From positions 32,001-96,000 of the forward strand of contig OZ244937.1 in the NCBI GenBank assembly GCA_965222075.1: a stretch of DNA of 64,000 nucleotides. The letters run 5' to 3'. Position numbers and translations under genes: made by a program. Position 1 is the stretch's first letter. Each line of letters begins with the position of its first letter. This document shows positions 37,447-47,178 of this stretch, piece by piece. The notes under the pieces were generated by a model that made no database searches, was not told the origin of the DNA, and saw only the letters and a list, made by a program, of their open reading frames with translations. This stretch comes from Candidatus Latescibacterota bacterium (GTDB lineage Bacteria; Latescibacterota; UBA2968; GCA-2709665).

Positions 37447-38295
37447 ATGGCAACGCAGATGGAGCAGTACAGGACCGAGGGCTATTTTATCGCGAACCAC
37501 GCAGTGGACCCCGACATGCTCGACCCGCTGCTGGAGGCTGCCAGGCGGATAAAGGAGCGGTCCCGGTCGGGCGAGGTGGACATCGCCGTCCAGTGGGCCG
37601 CACCCGGGGAGCCCTGGGTCATCCGGGGGCTGTTCTCGCTCGCGTTCGGAGAGTCTATTTTTGCGGAGTACTTAGTGTCCCGGCCTCTGATGGACTATGT
37701 CGAGTCGTTTCTGGACAGCGATCTGCCGATGGGGGACGTGGTCCTGTTTACCAATCCACGAAACGAGGACTTCAGCACCGGGTGGCATCGGGATATGGGG
37801 GACTGGAGGCGGTACGGCAGCGAGGAGGTGGAACTGGCGTTCTTGAACCAGCCGATGACGAGTATCAAATGGCATTTGGCGCTGGTGGACGACGCCTGTC
37901 TCATGCTCGTGTCCGGGAGCCACAGGCGGTTCCGGACGGCAAACGAGGAGGCGTGTATGCGGTTGTCCGACGATTACCGGCAGTACCTCTCTCAGGACCG
38001 TCCTCCGGGGCAGGTACCGGCACCGGAGCATCCGGACATTCCGGGGCAGAAAGTGATCGAGCTGAAGGCGGGGCAGACTGTTTTCTGGACCGGGAACACG
38101 ATTCATCGAGGGGCCACGAAGAAGGATGTGGAGCGCATGACGCTGGCAGGGAACTGGCAGAAGTGCAGCGAGGACGATTCCCCCAGAGAGACCGGGCAAA
38201 AGGAGCAGTGGAAGCTGGCAGAGGGTCTGCGGGAGGCCCTGCCGGAGGCGATGCGCCCCTACTACGACCGGTGGCGGGCGCTTCAGAAGGGTTGA
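37447..38295 (+). CDS. Phytanoyl-CoA dioxygenase (PhyH) family Fe(II)/2OG dioxygenase
   Basis: RBS ggagga. EGYF, GWHRD, VSGSH, LKAGQ...IHRG facial-triad motifs. Confidence 0.85.
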   Translation: MATQMEQYRTEGYFIANHAVDPDMLDPLLEAARRIKERSRSGEVDIAVQWAAPGEPWVIRGLFSLAFGESIFAEYLVSRPLMDYVESFLDSDLPMGDVVLFTNPRNEDFSTGWHRDMGDWRRYGSEEVELAFLNQPMTSIKWHLALVDDACLMLVSGSHRRFRTANEEACMRLSDDYRQYLSQDRPPGQVPAPEHPDIPGQKVIELKAGQTVFWTGNTIHRGATKKDVERMTLAGNWQKCSEDDSPRETGQKEQWKLAEGLREALPEAMRPYYDRWRALQKG

Positions 38296-38323
38296 CTATC
38301 TTACAGGGCGGAGGTGGAAAGAG

Positions 38324-39022
38324 ATGAAGCTGAATGAAATGTGGGACATGGGCGAGTTGATCGATCTGAGCGCGGATATTTACGAGGGGATGGCTCAGAT
38401 GCCACCGCCTGTGTTTCCCGCCGTGGAGGTCCGGGAGCTGGATCTGAGCGAACGGGCGAAGGGACGGGAATATGTGAGCTATTCCCAGGCGATTCACATG
38501 CCCGTGCAGGTTGCAACGTATCTTGAGACGGGCGCGCACCTGTACCCGGAAATGGAGAAGATCAACGAGGTGGGACTGGAGCGGCTGTTCGTTTCGGCGG
38601 TGGTGCTCCAGATTCCGCGCGGCGCAGGCGAAAAGGTGACGGCTCCGGATATCGAGTCGAAGCTAAAAGATGCAGGGGAAACGGTGAATCCGGGGGAGGC
38701 GCTGTTGATCGGCACCGGATACAACTTTTTTGAAGATCCGGACTTCAAAAATACCCCCCATTTCCGGTACGATGCCGTAGAATGGGCTGTGCAGCACCGG
38801 TGCGCCATTCTGGGGTCTGACATGGGTTCCTGGCAGGATGCTGATGAGAAACCGTCGTTTTTTCCGATGTTTCTGCAATCGGGGACCCTGCTGCTGGCTC
38901 CGATGGTGAATGTAGATCAGATTCCGGTGGCGCGGATCAAGCTTGTCGTGATGCCGCTGAAGGTCCACGGGGTCTGCGCTTTTCCCAGCCGGGTAATCGG
39001 GATTGTGCCGACAAAGGGATGA
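38324..39022 (+). CDS. Cyclase/kynurenine-formamidase-fold protein with degenerate metal site
   Basis: LIDLS...I.EGM, LLIGTG, LGSD, MPLKV...PSRVI. HxGTHxDxPxH is replaced by QVATYLETGAH. Confidence 0.75.
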   Translation: MKLNEMWDMGELIDLSADIYEGMAQMPPPVFPAVEVRELDLSERAKGREYVSYSQAIHMPVQVATYLETGAHLYPEMEKINEVGLERLFVSAVVLQIPRGAGEKVTAPDIESKLKDAGETVNPGEALLIGTGYNFFEDPDFKNTPHFRYDAVEWAVQHRCAILGSDMGSWQDADEKPSFFPMFLQSGTLLLAPMVNVDQIPVARIKLVVMPLKVHGVCAFPSRVIGIVPTKG

Positions 39023-39043
39023 CCAAAATAAAGGAGGGTTGCG

Positions 39044-40174
39044 ATGAAGATAGAACGGATTTCCGCCCATCGGCTTAGAGAGTGCGAGATCAGCATGGAG
39101 AAGTGGACGCATTTTACGAAATGGAAGGCGAGCGAGGACTGGATTGAAGATGAGATTTTCGGCAAGAAGTGGATCTCGCCGACCTGCGTGCTCTACAATC
39201 CGAACGACGGGCTTGTCTACGTGGGGCTGACCGCGCTTGACAGGGATATCTTTTATACTTTCGATCCCAGGACGGATACGTGGGAATCGCTGAATTACCC
39301 CGGGGAAAGGGACCGCTACGGCAGCAAGATCCACCAGGGTCTGGAGGTGGACGGGGAGGGGCGCGTCTACGCCGGGGTCGCCACGTTGGGAGATGCGGAT
39401 GTCTGGCCGAAGGCGACGGGCGGTCCGATCTTTCGCTATGATCCGAAGACGAAAGCGTACGAGTTTTTGTGCATTCCGATCGAACACGACTACGTTCAGG
39501 GATTTGTGATGGACAAAGCGCGGGGAGTGATCTACGGAGACACGTTTCCGGGAAGGAAGATGTTTCGGTACGATATTGAAAGTGGGGAGGTGCGGGAGTT
39601 GACGATGCTGGGCGACGTGTCCACCGAGCACCTGGCGCTGGATGCGGACGGGGGCGCGTGGCACACGTACGAGTTGATGCAGTGGGCGGGACGGTACCCG
39701 CTTTTGCGCTACGATCCGGACCGGGATGAGATCGACTTTACCAATGTGGACCTGCCCGACGTGATGCCCGAAAAGAAGGGTTCCAACCAGATCGATACGG
39801 CGTTGTTGACGAGGGACGGCGCCCTGTACATCGGGACGGCCGCCGGGGCGCTGGCGCAGGTGGACCACCGGGGTCCGGAGGTGAGCGTGACCTACCTGGG
39901 CAAGCCCTACGTTGCGCCCCGCATGAAGGGGCTGATTGAGGGTCCGGACGGGCTGATTTACGGGGCGTGCGGGGGCGACTACGATACACACTTTTTCACG
40001 TATGACCGTTCATCGGGCATGTTCAACGACCTGGGGCCGATACGGGACACTCAGGATGGGACGCGGTGCTGGCTGGCGCACAATCTGTGCATGGTGGATG
40101 CCAGGACGTTTATCGTGGCCGAGTCCGACAACCATTGGCGGGCGAGTTTTCTGTTTAAGGTGGAGCTGGCGTAG
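39044..40174 (+). CDS. Beta-propeller repeat protein, function unknown
   Basis: Repeated DG.VY.G and FRYDP blade motifs. No signal peptide. Confidence 0.65.
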   Translation: MKIERISAHRLRECEISMEKWTHFTKWKASEDWIEDEIFGKKWISPTCVLYNPNDGLVYVGLTALDRDIFYTFDPRTDTWESLNYPGERDRYGSKIHQGLEVDGEGRVYAGVATLGDADVWPKATGGPIFRYDPKTKAYEFLCIPIEHDYVQGFVMDKARGVIYGDTFPGRKMFRYDIESGEVRELTMLGDVSTEHLALDADGGAWHTYELMQWAGRYPLLRYDPDRDEIDFTNVDLPDVMPEKKGSNQIDTALLTRDGALYIGTAAGALAQVDHRGPEVSVTYLGKPYVAPRMKGLIEGPDGLIYGACGGDYDTHFFTYDRSSGMFNDLGPIRDTQDGTRCWLAHNLCMVDARTFIVAESDNHWRASFLFKVELA

Positions 40175-40225
40175 CCGCTGATCAGGAGATGCATAAACGC
40201 TTGAACAAATCCCGGAGTTTGTACA

Positions 40226-41986
40226 ATGGCGGTGCAGCACACAGAGGCATACAGACGGATCCAGGCGCTGATTGTGGAAGATCGGTGCGTGATCTTAGAC
40301 GGAGGGGTGGCCACGGAGCTGGAGCGGGTTGGACTGAAGGACTACCGCATCAGCGATAAGGGGCTGTGGGGGACCTGGGCGCTGTACCACACCCCCCACG
40401 TGGTGCAGGAGGTCCACCACCGGTTTGTGCAGGCGGGGTGCGATCTGATATCGACGAATACGTGGGCGATTCTGAGTACCCCGGAGATGGAGACACGCAG
40501 TTTGATGGGGCACGCAGGGCCGGGGCACTGGATGGATGTGGCCAGGCTGGGGGTGAGGCTGGCGCGCCAGGCTGTTGATGAGGCCGGAAAGGGGGGCGAG
40601 TGTGCGGTGGGGTTCAGCCTCAACGGGGATATCGATACGCCCCAGGTGTTAGACAGGCTCCAGCTGCTGGCCCGGGTGTTCGAGGAAGAGCCCCCCGATC
40701 TGATCCTGATGGAGACGATGTCGTTGATCCGCGATGAGCGGACGTTTCCTGCGGTGGCGGCCATGCTCCGGACGGGTCTTCCGGTCTGGCTGAGTTTCCG
40801 GCGCTGCCGGCACGGGGTCTGCGGGGTGTTCGGGCAGCACTGGGGCGGGCCGGAGGGCGATCTGTTCGGGCGGACCGCCCGCGAATTTGAAAATATGGGG
40901 GTGGGCGCGTTGTTGATCAACTGTCTGCCGGCAGACCACGTGCCGGGGATGATCTCCTGGCTTCGGGACTTTACGGATCTACCCCTGGGCGCATATCCGA
41001 ACCTGGGACGCTATTTAGACCCGGGGTGGAAGTTTGACGATCAGGTGGGCCCCGAAGAGTACGCACAACTTACCAGGGGGTGGCGAGAGGAGGGGGCTCA
41101 GATTGTGGGGGGGTGCTGCGGGGTTACGCCGGAGCATCTTGTTGCCGTGCGGGAGGAGCTGGCAGAGACAAAGCCGGGCCGTCGGCGTGGAAGCGCGGTT
41201 CAACACCCGGTGCCGTCCGCGCCGGTTCGTGCGGTCCGTGCGCCCCAACCGTGGGTTGACGAGAAGCGGCGGAGCCTTTTCCCGCTTCCGTTTCCCGACA
41301 TTGTCTGTGATCCGGAGGTGTTCCGGCCTACGCAGGGTAGCTTCCTGCTGTGGAAATACCTGTTCCGGTCGGGGCTGGGGAAAGGGAAGCGGTGTCTGGA
41401 TGTGGGGTGCGGGACCGGGATTCTGACTGTGCAGCTCGCTTTGAACGGGGCCGAACACGTGCAGGCGATCGACATCCAGCGCGAAGCGGTGGGCAATACG
41501 CTTACGAACGCGTTTCGCAACGATGTTGCCGACCGGGTGAGCGGAGAGGTGGTTGACCTGTATACCTATCTGCCGGAAATGAAGTACGAGCTGATCGTTG
41601 CGAGCCTGTATCAGATGCCGGTGGATCCGATGGGGAATCCGATGGGGCACCGGCCAGCGGATTTCTGGGGCCGGAATCTGCTGGATCATCTGATTTCCCT
41701 GCTGCCGGAGCTTTTGGAGGAGGACGGGGTTGCCTACCTGATGCAGATTTCCGCGCTGGGCCAGCTTCGGACCGCAGAGCTTTTGGAGGAGGCCGGGTTT
41801 GACGCCAGGGTGGTGGATTACAGCTTTTTTCACTTCAGCTCGGCGTTTTATGAGAATATCGACCAAATCCACCGTGTGGAGGAGCTTTCAGACGCGTACC
41901 ATTTAACGTTTGGCGACGAGGACGTGATGGCGATGTATTTGCTGGAGATCACACGTCGGGCTGCGCAGGATGCTGCATCCGGATAG
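40226..41986 (+). CDS. HMT domain (#5) fused to class I SAM-dependent methyltransferase
   Basis: N-terminal ILDGGVATEL, LINC, GGCCGVTPEH. Pro/Arg linker. C-terminal LDVGCGTG, AIDI, IVASLYQMP. Confidence 0.88.
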   Translation: MAVQHTEAYRRIQALIVEDRCVILDGGVATELERVGLKDYRISDKGLWGTWALYHTPHVVQEVHHRFVQAGCDLISTNTWAILSTPEMETRSLMGHAGPGHWMDVARLGVRLARQAVDEAGKGGECAVGFSLNGDIDTPQVLDRLQLLARVFEEEPPDLILMETMSLIRDERTFPAVAAMLRTGLPVWLSFRRCRHGVCGVFGQHWGGPEGDLFGRTAREFENMGVGALLINCLPADHVPGMISWLRDFTDLPLGAYPNLGRYLDPGWKFDDQVGPEEYAQLTRGWREEGAQIVGGCCGVTPEHLVAVREELAETKPGRRRGSAVQHPVPSAPVRAVRAPQPWVDEKRRSLFPLPFPDIVCDPEVFRPTQGSFLLWKYLFRSGLGKGKRCLDVGCGTGILTVQLALNGAEHVQAIDIQREAVGNTLTNAFRNDVADRVSGEVVDLYTYLPEMKYELIVASLYQMPVDPMGNPMGHRPADFWGRNLLDHLISLLPELLEEDGVAYLMQISALGQLRTAELLEEAGFDARVVDYSFFHFSSAFYENIDQIHRVEELSDAYHLTFGDEDVMAMYLLEITRRAAQDAASG

Positions 41987-42036
41987 AAGCCCTGGAAAGT
42001 TTGTGTAAACGCCAATAAGGCTTAAAGGGATGGCCG

Positions 42037-43785
42037 ATGGGATTCTCACCGCGTGCAATGGTGCAACGCCCCCGCCCCGAGAGCGAGGGGAACAGGGCCC
42101 TGCTGGTGCTGGTGGACAGTCGGGGCAGTTATACGGATACGAGCATCGTGGATCAAACCGTGCTGGTGGCTTTGCAGCACTTCGGGTTTCCGTTTCGCAT
42201 TCACGATTTGGCAGCCGGTCCGCTGACCCGCGACCTGCTGGAGAACTGCGCCGCCGTGGTTATCGCCCAGGCCCGCCTGGGGGATGTCCTCTCGTTAGAG
42301 GAGACAAAGCTGCTGGCCTCGGGGGTGGAAGAGGCCGGGCTGGGTCTGGTCAATTTCGATGGTGAGCTGCGGCTGTACAAACCGCCGCTGCTGCGCCTCC
42401 TGGGGCTGGAGGCGGACCGGATTCCGATGGCCTCGGACCTGCTGCGCATCGGGGGCAACGACCACTTTATTAACCGGACGCAGCAGGCGGGCAGTCTGGT
42501 CCGGTTGAAGCGACCGGTGACCACTGCTCAGATCAAGCGGGTGGGCCGACACGTTGTGGAGCTGGCGCAGGTTGCGATGGGCAAAGACCAGCTCATTTTC
42601 TCCCGCCACAACGTTCCGGGTACGGCCTACGAGCCGGACCAGTTTCCGGTTGTTCTGGCCGGGGTCTGCGGGAATGGCCGGGCCGTGCAGTTTGCCTGTT
42701 CTCCCCGGATCTGGCACCCGGAGTTTCTGGGCCATGCGATGGGGCTGGACGCCTTTTTCTGGCGCGCGATTGTCTGGGCGGCGCGCAAGCCGTTTGCCGC
42801 TCAGATGATGCCGCCCTATGTGACCATCCGGGTGGACGACGGCAGGGGGCGCCACGATTTCCGCTATACCGGGGTGATGAACCGGCACGGCTACCGTCCG
42901 ATGATCTCCTGTTTCCTGGATCTCGTCCCGGACGAGGTGGTGCCGTTTATGCGGGCCCAATACGAGGCCGGGCAGGTGGGCTGGGACGCGCATGCCTTCG
43001 ATTACTACACGCTGATTCCTTTCGATTTCGGCATTGGGGAGTACAGCGACGCGGAGCTGAAGGAGATCTTCGAGCGGGTGGACCGGTGGTACGACGAACG
43101 GGGATTGAGGCCGCCGCGCCGGGCGGTTTTTCACTGGGGCGAGGTGGGGGTGCGCGTCCTGCCTTATCTGAAGGCCCGGGGGCGGACTTTTATCTATTCG
43201 ACCTACCATCTGGGACAGGTGAAGTGGGAGCGGCTGTTTCCCAACTGGTGGCCCTACGGCCTCAACAGCCTGTTCTACGACTATGTGCCCGAAGATCCGG
43301 AGATGTACAACATCGGGGCTATGCTGCCCCGCCACCTTGTGGAGCCCGACGTGTTGACCGGCTGTACGACCTGGGCCGGCGACAATCCGACCAACGATAT
43401 GGTCAAGGCCGCAGACCGGGCGGGCGGCTCGGTCCGCCTGGCGCTGGACAGCGGGTTCTTTTCGGAGATCACCACCCACGAGCAGAAGTTCGGGGTGCTT
43501 ACCCTGGAGGAGATCGACCGATGGTTGTCGCTGCTGGGGCAGCAGACGGACCGTTACGACATCCGGGGGGTGAGCCACGATGAGGCCGCCGAGTATACCC
43601 GGGCCCGGGATGAGTCGTGGATTGCGGCTGCGTCCACGCCCGACGGCAGGGCGGTATGCCTCAGGCTGGGTGGAAAGGCGGGCGTGCCCCTGGAACTGGC
43701 CCTGTTCGAGAACGACGGGGACGGCGTGGCCCAGCGGTGGGAATCGGTCCCCGCCTTCGAGGAGGAGGTCCAGGTCAATCTCTGA
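42037..43785 (+). CDS. Hypothetical protein with GATase-like plus deacetylase-like architecture
   Basis: TIRVDDG, WDAHAF and TTHEQ resemble NodB-type motifs. Layout similar to the 600-aa family. Confidence 0.5.
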   Translation: MGFSPRAMVQRPRPESEGNRALLVLVDSRGSYTDTSIVDQTVLVALQHFGFPFRIHDLAAGPLTRDLLENCAAVVIAQARLGDVLSLEETKLLASGVEEAGLGLVNFDGELRLYKPPLLRLLGLEADRIPMASDLLRIGGNDHFINRTQQAGSLVRLKRPVTTAQIKRVGRHVVELAQVAMGKDQLIFSRHNVPGTAYEPDQFPVVLAGVCGNGRAVQFACSPRIWHPEFLGHAMGLDAFFWRAIVWAARKPFAAQMMPPYVTIRVDDGRGRHDFRYTGVMNRHGYRPMISCFLDLVPDEVVPFMRAQYEAGQVGWDAHAFDYYTLIPFDFGIGEYSDAELKEIFERVDRWYDERGLRPPRRAVFHWGEVGVRVLPYLKARGRTFIYSTYHLGQVKWERLFPNWWPYGLNSLFYDYVPEDPEMYNIGAMLPRHLVEPDVLTGCTTWAGDNPTNDMVKAADRAGGSVRLALDSGFFSEITTHEQKFGVLTLEEIDRWLSLLGQQTDRYDIRGVSHDEAAEYTRARDESWIAAASTPDGRAVCLRLGGKAGVPLELALFENDGDGVAQRWESVPAFEEEVQVNL

Positions 43786-43859
43786 TGGGGGGGACGATGG
43801 ATGGCGGACGGTTGACCACAAATGCGGTCCGTGGTCCATAAGCTTCTAAGTGGAGAGAC

Positions 43860-45899
43860 ATGGCTGAAAGGCGGGAGATAGCGGTCGTAAGGCGAGCGGG
43901 TGTGGCGGAGGACCTCCGGGAGGTCGAGGGAGAGGTGGGGCAGGAGCGGGGGGTGACGCTCCGGGCGGTCGTCTTCGGAATTTGCGTGGCCGTAGGGGTG
44001 AGCCTGCTGGCCAATACGGTGGTCTATGTCCTTCACGGGTCGTATATGACCATCAGCATGATGCCGATGGTGAACCTCATGCTCTTCCTCCTGTCGGTCC
44101 TGGCCTGCGCTGCGCTGGCACGGCTGTTCGGGCGCCGGTTCGTCTTCTCTCAGGCAGAGTGGATCACGATTTTCTGCATGGGGTTCAGCAGCGCGATTTG
44201 CCCTACCTACAGGACCTCCGGCTACCTCCTCAGCATTCTGGCGTCCCCGTATTATTTCGCGACGCCGGAGAACCGGTGGGCGGAGTACATCCATCCCTAC
44301 CTGCCCGGGTGGTTGATTCCCTCAAACGAGAATGGGGCGATCACGCAGTTTTTCGAGGGGCTGCCAAAGGGGGCGTTGATCCCCTGGGAGGTCTGGGCGG
44401 TTCCGCTGTTGTGGAGTTTTCTCCTGGTTGCGGCGTTCGTTTTTGCCTGTTTCTGCGTGTCGGTGATCCTGCATCGGCAGTGGGCAGAGCACGAGAAGCT
44501 GGTGTACCCGGCGCTGACGCCGATTCTGGAGATGACGGCGCGGGCGGGTACAGGGCGGCGGGCGCTGCCGGAGTTTATGAAGGGGAAGGCGTTCTGGGCA
44601 GGATTGGCATTGACCTCATTTGTGTTCTGCTGGAACATGATCGGCTGGTTCTACCCTCATTTTCCGCAGTTTCCAACGGGAGGCGGGTGGAGCGGTTCCT
44701 TCCATTACCTCTTGCCGAGGAACTATCCTCCTTTTTTTATTTTTCCAAGCACGGTCGTGATCTGTTTTTCCTATTTCGCCAGCCTCGAGGTGTTGTTCAG
44801 TATCTGGTTTTTTGACCTTTTGTACGTGTTCGAAGCGGGTCTACTGAACCGGTTTGGGATCGTGGCCACGTCCAGTTCCTACGTTGGGGCCGGGCCCTAC
44901 GCGGTGACCAGCTATAAGTGGCAGACGGCCGGGGCCTTCATTGCGCTGGTGCTCTGGTGGCTCTGGATTTCCCGGGGGCACCTCCGCAACGTGCTGAATA
45001 AGGCGATTCGGCCGTCTGTGGATGACAGCCGGGAGATGCTTTCTTACCGGACGGCGGTGGTGGGTCTGATTGTCTGCAGCCTCTACATCGCGGCCTGGTT
45101 TGGGCAGGTGGGAATCGAGGCGAAGATGGTTGTGCTGCTGGTTCCCACCGCGTTTCTGGTGTTTGTGGGTCTGGCGAAGATGATGGCGGATTCGGGGCTG
45201 GTCTACCTGGAGGCCTCGGCGCTGTGCTGGGACTATTCCCTGTTTGCCTTAGGCGGCGCAAGCGAGATGAAGCCGTCCACGCACGCGGCCAGCGGCCTGC
45301 TGGCGTTTACGCTCAATCATCCCTGGAGTTCGGTGATGCCGATGATGTCCCACGCCTGTCGCCTGGGGGACTTTGTGTGGAAGGACAAGCGGAGGCTCTT
45401 CTGGAGCATCTGGTGGGCGTTCATCGTGGGGGTGACGGTGTCTACGGTGTTCATCATCTGGCTGGCCTACAGGGAGGGGGCCCACAGTTTTCAGAACTGG
45501 TCGATTCTGAGGGAAGGGGTATGGCAGTACGGGTTGTCCATCAATGCGATGAGCAATCCCCGGCCGATTTTGACGGTCGAGTACTGGCTTTTTCTGGGTG
45601 GGGTCGTGAGTATGCTTTTCCTGACTTTTATGCGTTACCGGTTCGCCTGGTGGCCGTTTCATCCGGTGGGGTTTGCCTTCTCGGGCACGATTTTTACACG
45701 GCTGGAGAGTTTCACAATTCTGATCGCATGGCTGCTCAAGTTTCTGATGCTCAAGATCGGCGGCGTGTCTTTTTACCGGCGGTCGAGGCCGTTTTTCGTC
45801 GGCATGCTGGTCGGTTACATCCTGGCTGTGGTCGCAGGGCTTGTGGTGGACGCGGTCTGGTTTCCGGGGCAGGGGCACAGGGTGCATCAGTGGTATTGA
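43860..45899 (+). CDS. DUF6785/DUF6784-type membrane protein #3
   Basis: FATPENRW, ILHRQWAEHEKLVYP, RYRFAWWPFHPVG, GGVSFYRRSRPFFVG. Confidence 0.8.
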   Translation: MAERREIAVVRRAGVAEDLREVEGEVGQERGVTLRAVVFGICVAVGVSLLANTVVYVLHGSYMTISMMPMVNLMLFLLSVLACAALARLFGRRFVFSQAEWITIFCMGFSSAICPTYRTSGYLLSILASPYYFATPENRWAEYIHPYLPGWLIPSNENGAITQFFEGLPKGALIPWEVWAVPLLWSFLLVAAFVFACFCVSVILHRQWAEHEKLVYPALTPILEMTARAGTGRRALPEFMKGKAFWAGLALTSFVFCWNMIGWFYPHFPQFPTGGGWSGSFHYLLPRNYPPFFIFPSTVVICFSYFASLEVLFSIWFFDLLYVFEAGLLNRFGIVATSSSYVGAGPYAVTSYKWQTAGAFIALVLWWLWISRGHLRNVLNKAIRPSVDDSREMLSYRTAVVGLIVCSLYIAAWFGQVGIEAKMVVLLVPTAFLVFVGLAKMMADSGLVYLEASALCWDYSLFALGGASEMKPSTHAASGLLAFTLNHPWSSVMPMMSHACRLGDFVWKDKRRLFWSIWWAFIVGVTVSTVFIIWLAYREGAHSFQNWSILREGVWQYGLSINAMSNPRPILTVEYWLFLGGVVSMLFLTFMRYRFAWWPFHPVGFAFSGTIFTRLESFTILIAWLLKFLMLKIGGVSFYRRSRPFFVGMLVGYILAVVAGLVVDAVWFPGQGHRVHQWY

Positions 45900-46017
45900 G
45901 GACCCCTCCCCCGGCCCCTCCCCTGAAAGGGGAGGGGAGAGGAGGAGTTCCGTAACTATTTGTGGAATAAAGACTTGCTCCCCTTTCCCTGTTAGGGAAG
46001 GGGGTCGGGGGGTTAGG
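45900..46017. repeat. Paired REP-like palindromes (BIME-like)
   Basis: cccctcccctgaaaggggagggg and ccctttccctgttagggaagggg hairpins in inverted arrangement. A collapsed copy lies at 56944..56981. Confidence 0.65.
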
Positions 46018-46046
46018 TTCAGGAGGCCAGGTTGGAGGAGGATGAG

Positions 46047-47129
46047 ATGAATCCCGGGTATTTTGAGGTCAAAGAGATCAAGGGAAGTCCCTTCGATATC
46101 GGCGTGAGGTATGGCGAATTCATAAAGCTCGAGTTCAGCCAGATTGTAGCGCAGTATGCCGAGAGCTATTTGAAGAAACACGATCCGGCGCGGGTTGAGG
46201 TCATCAAGGAGGGTATGGAGGGCTATCTGAGGGATCACGCCCCGACGCTGATCGAAGAGATGGCCGGAATCGCCGAGGGTTCCGGCGTTCCTTTTGACGA
46301 TGTGTTCAAGCACAATCTGTGCAGTTGTATCGGGACGACGCTTTCTGCGGAAGCGTCCGTGCGTGAAGCTGTGCACTGTACAAGCATTGGGTTTCCGAAC
46401 AGCGACCGGGGGCCTCTTTTGGGAAAGAATACGGATTGTGGGGACCCCGAGGAGTCTCTCATCCGGTTTGTGCCCATGCTCCTCTGGCGCCCTTCAAACG
46501 GGCTGGCTTCGATCGGGTCTACCCATATGGGGACGGTGTGGAGACACGTAGGGGTCAACGAGAAAGGGCTGGCCCTGGGCGGGTCTTCGGTAAGCGGCAG
46601 GGTCGCGGACTTTGAGCCGGGGCTGACGGATGGATTCCTGGGCAGGCTGTTTCTGGACCGGTGTGCGACCGTGGGGGAGGCCGTCAATCTTGTGGAGGCG
46701 CATCCCTTTGTAGGCGCGGGGGTGAATTTTATCGTGGTGGATGAAGCGGGGGACGCTGCGGTGTTCGAGTTGTCGGCAGAGGGAAAGGTGGTGGAGCGGC
46801 TGAACGGGCACAGCCATCTGTTTACGACGAATTTTTACGCTTCCGGGAAGCTGCGGCACGGGCCCGACAGCCAGGCGTGGGCGCTGGACAATTCGAGGGC
46901 ACGACACGCGTTGCTGACCCGGATCGAGCCGGATCGGGACGGCGGGTTCCGCTTTGGGCAGATGGAGGAGGTGCTCTGTCACCGGGCTGGAGAGGGGGCA
47001 ATCTGCCAGTACAAGGATGTCAACAGGATGAGTACGACGTTTTCAACGATCGCGGTTTGCAAAGAGCGTGCGCTGCTTACGGCTTGGGGTAAGCCGTGTG
47101 ATACGGCATACCAGGTGTATCGTGTGTGA
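46047..47129 (+). CDS. C45 family Ntn-hydrolase (acyl-CoA:6-APA acyltransferase-like)
   Basis: EEMAGIAEG, autoproteolytic HCTS, GKNTD, GVNEKGLA, FTTNF, SRAR. Confidence 0.87.
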   Translation: MNPGYFEVKEIKGSPFDIGVRYGEFIKLEFSQIVAQYAESYLKKHDPARVEVIKEGMEGYLRDHAPTLIEEMAGIAEGSGVPFDDVFKHNLCSCIGTTLSAEASVREAVHCTSIGFPNSDRGPLLGKNTDCGDPEESLIRFVPMLLWRPSNGLASIGSTHMGTVWRHVGVNEKGLALGGSSVSGRVADFEPGLTDGFLGRLFLDRCATVGEAVNLVEAHPFVGAGVNFIVVDEAGDAAVFELSAEGKVVERLNGHSHLFTTNFYASGKLRHGPDSQAWALDNSRARHALLTRIEPDRDGGFRFGQMEEVLCHRAGEGAICQYKDVNRMSTTFSTIAVCKERALLTAWGKPCDTAYQVYRV

Positions 47130-47178
47130 CCGGTGGCAGCAGAATCGCATTTCAGGTTCTTAAGAGGAGGGTCGAAAG

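Noticed and set aside
42295-43839. Long minus-strand ORFs (this one, 22365..23642, 54686..56005, 57407..58693 and others)
   Set aside because: Shadow frames of well-supported + strand genes in high-GC DNA, with Pro/Arg/His-rich translations and no motifs.
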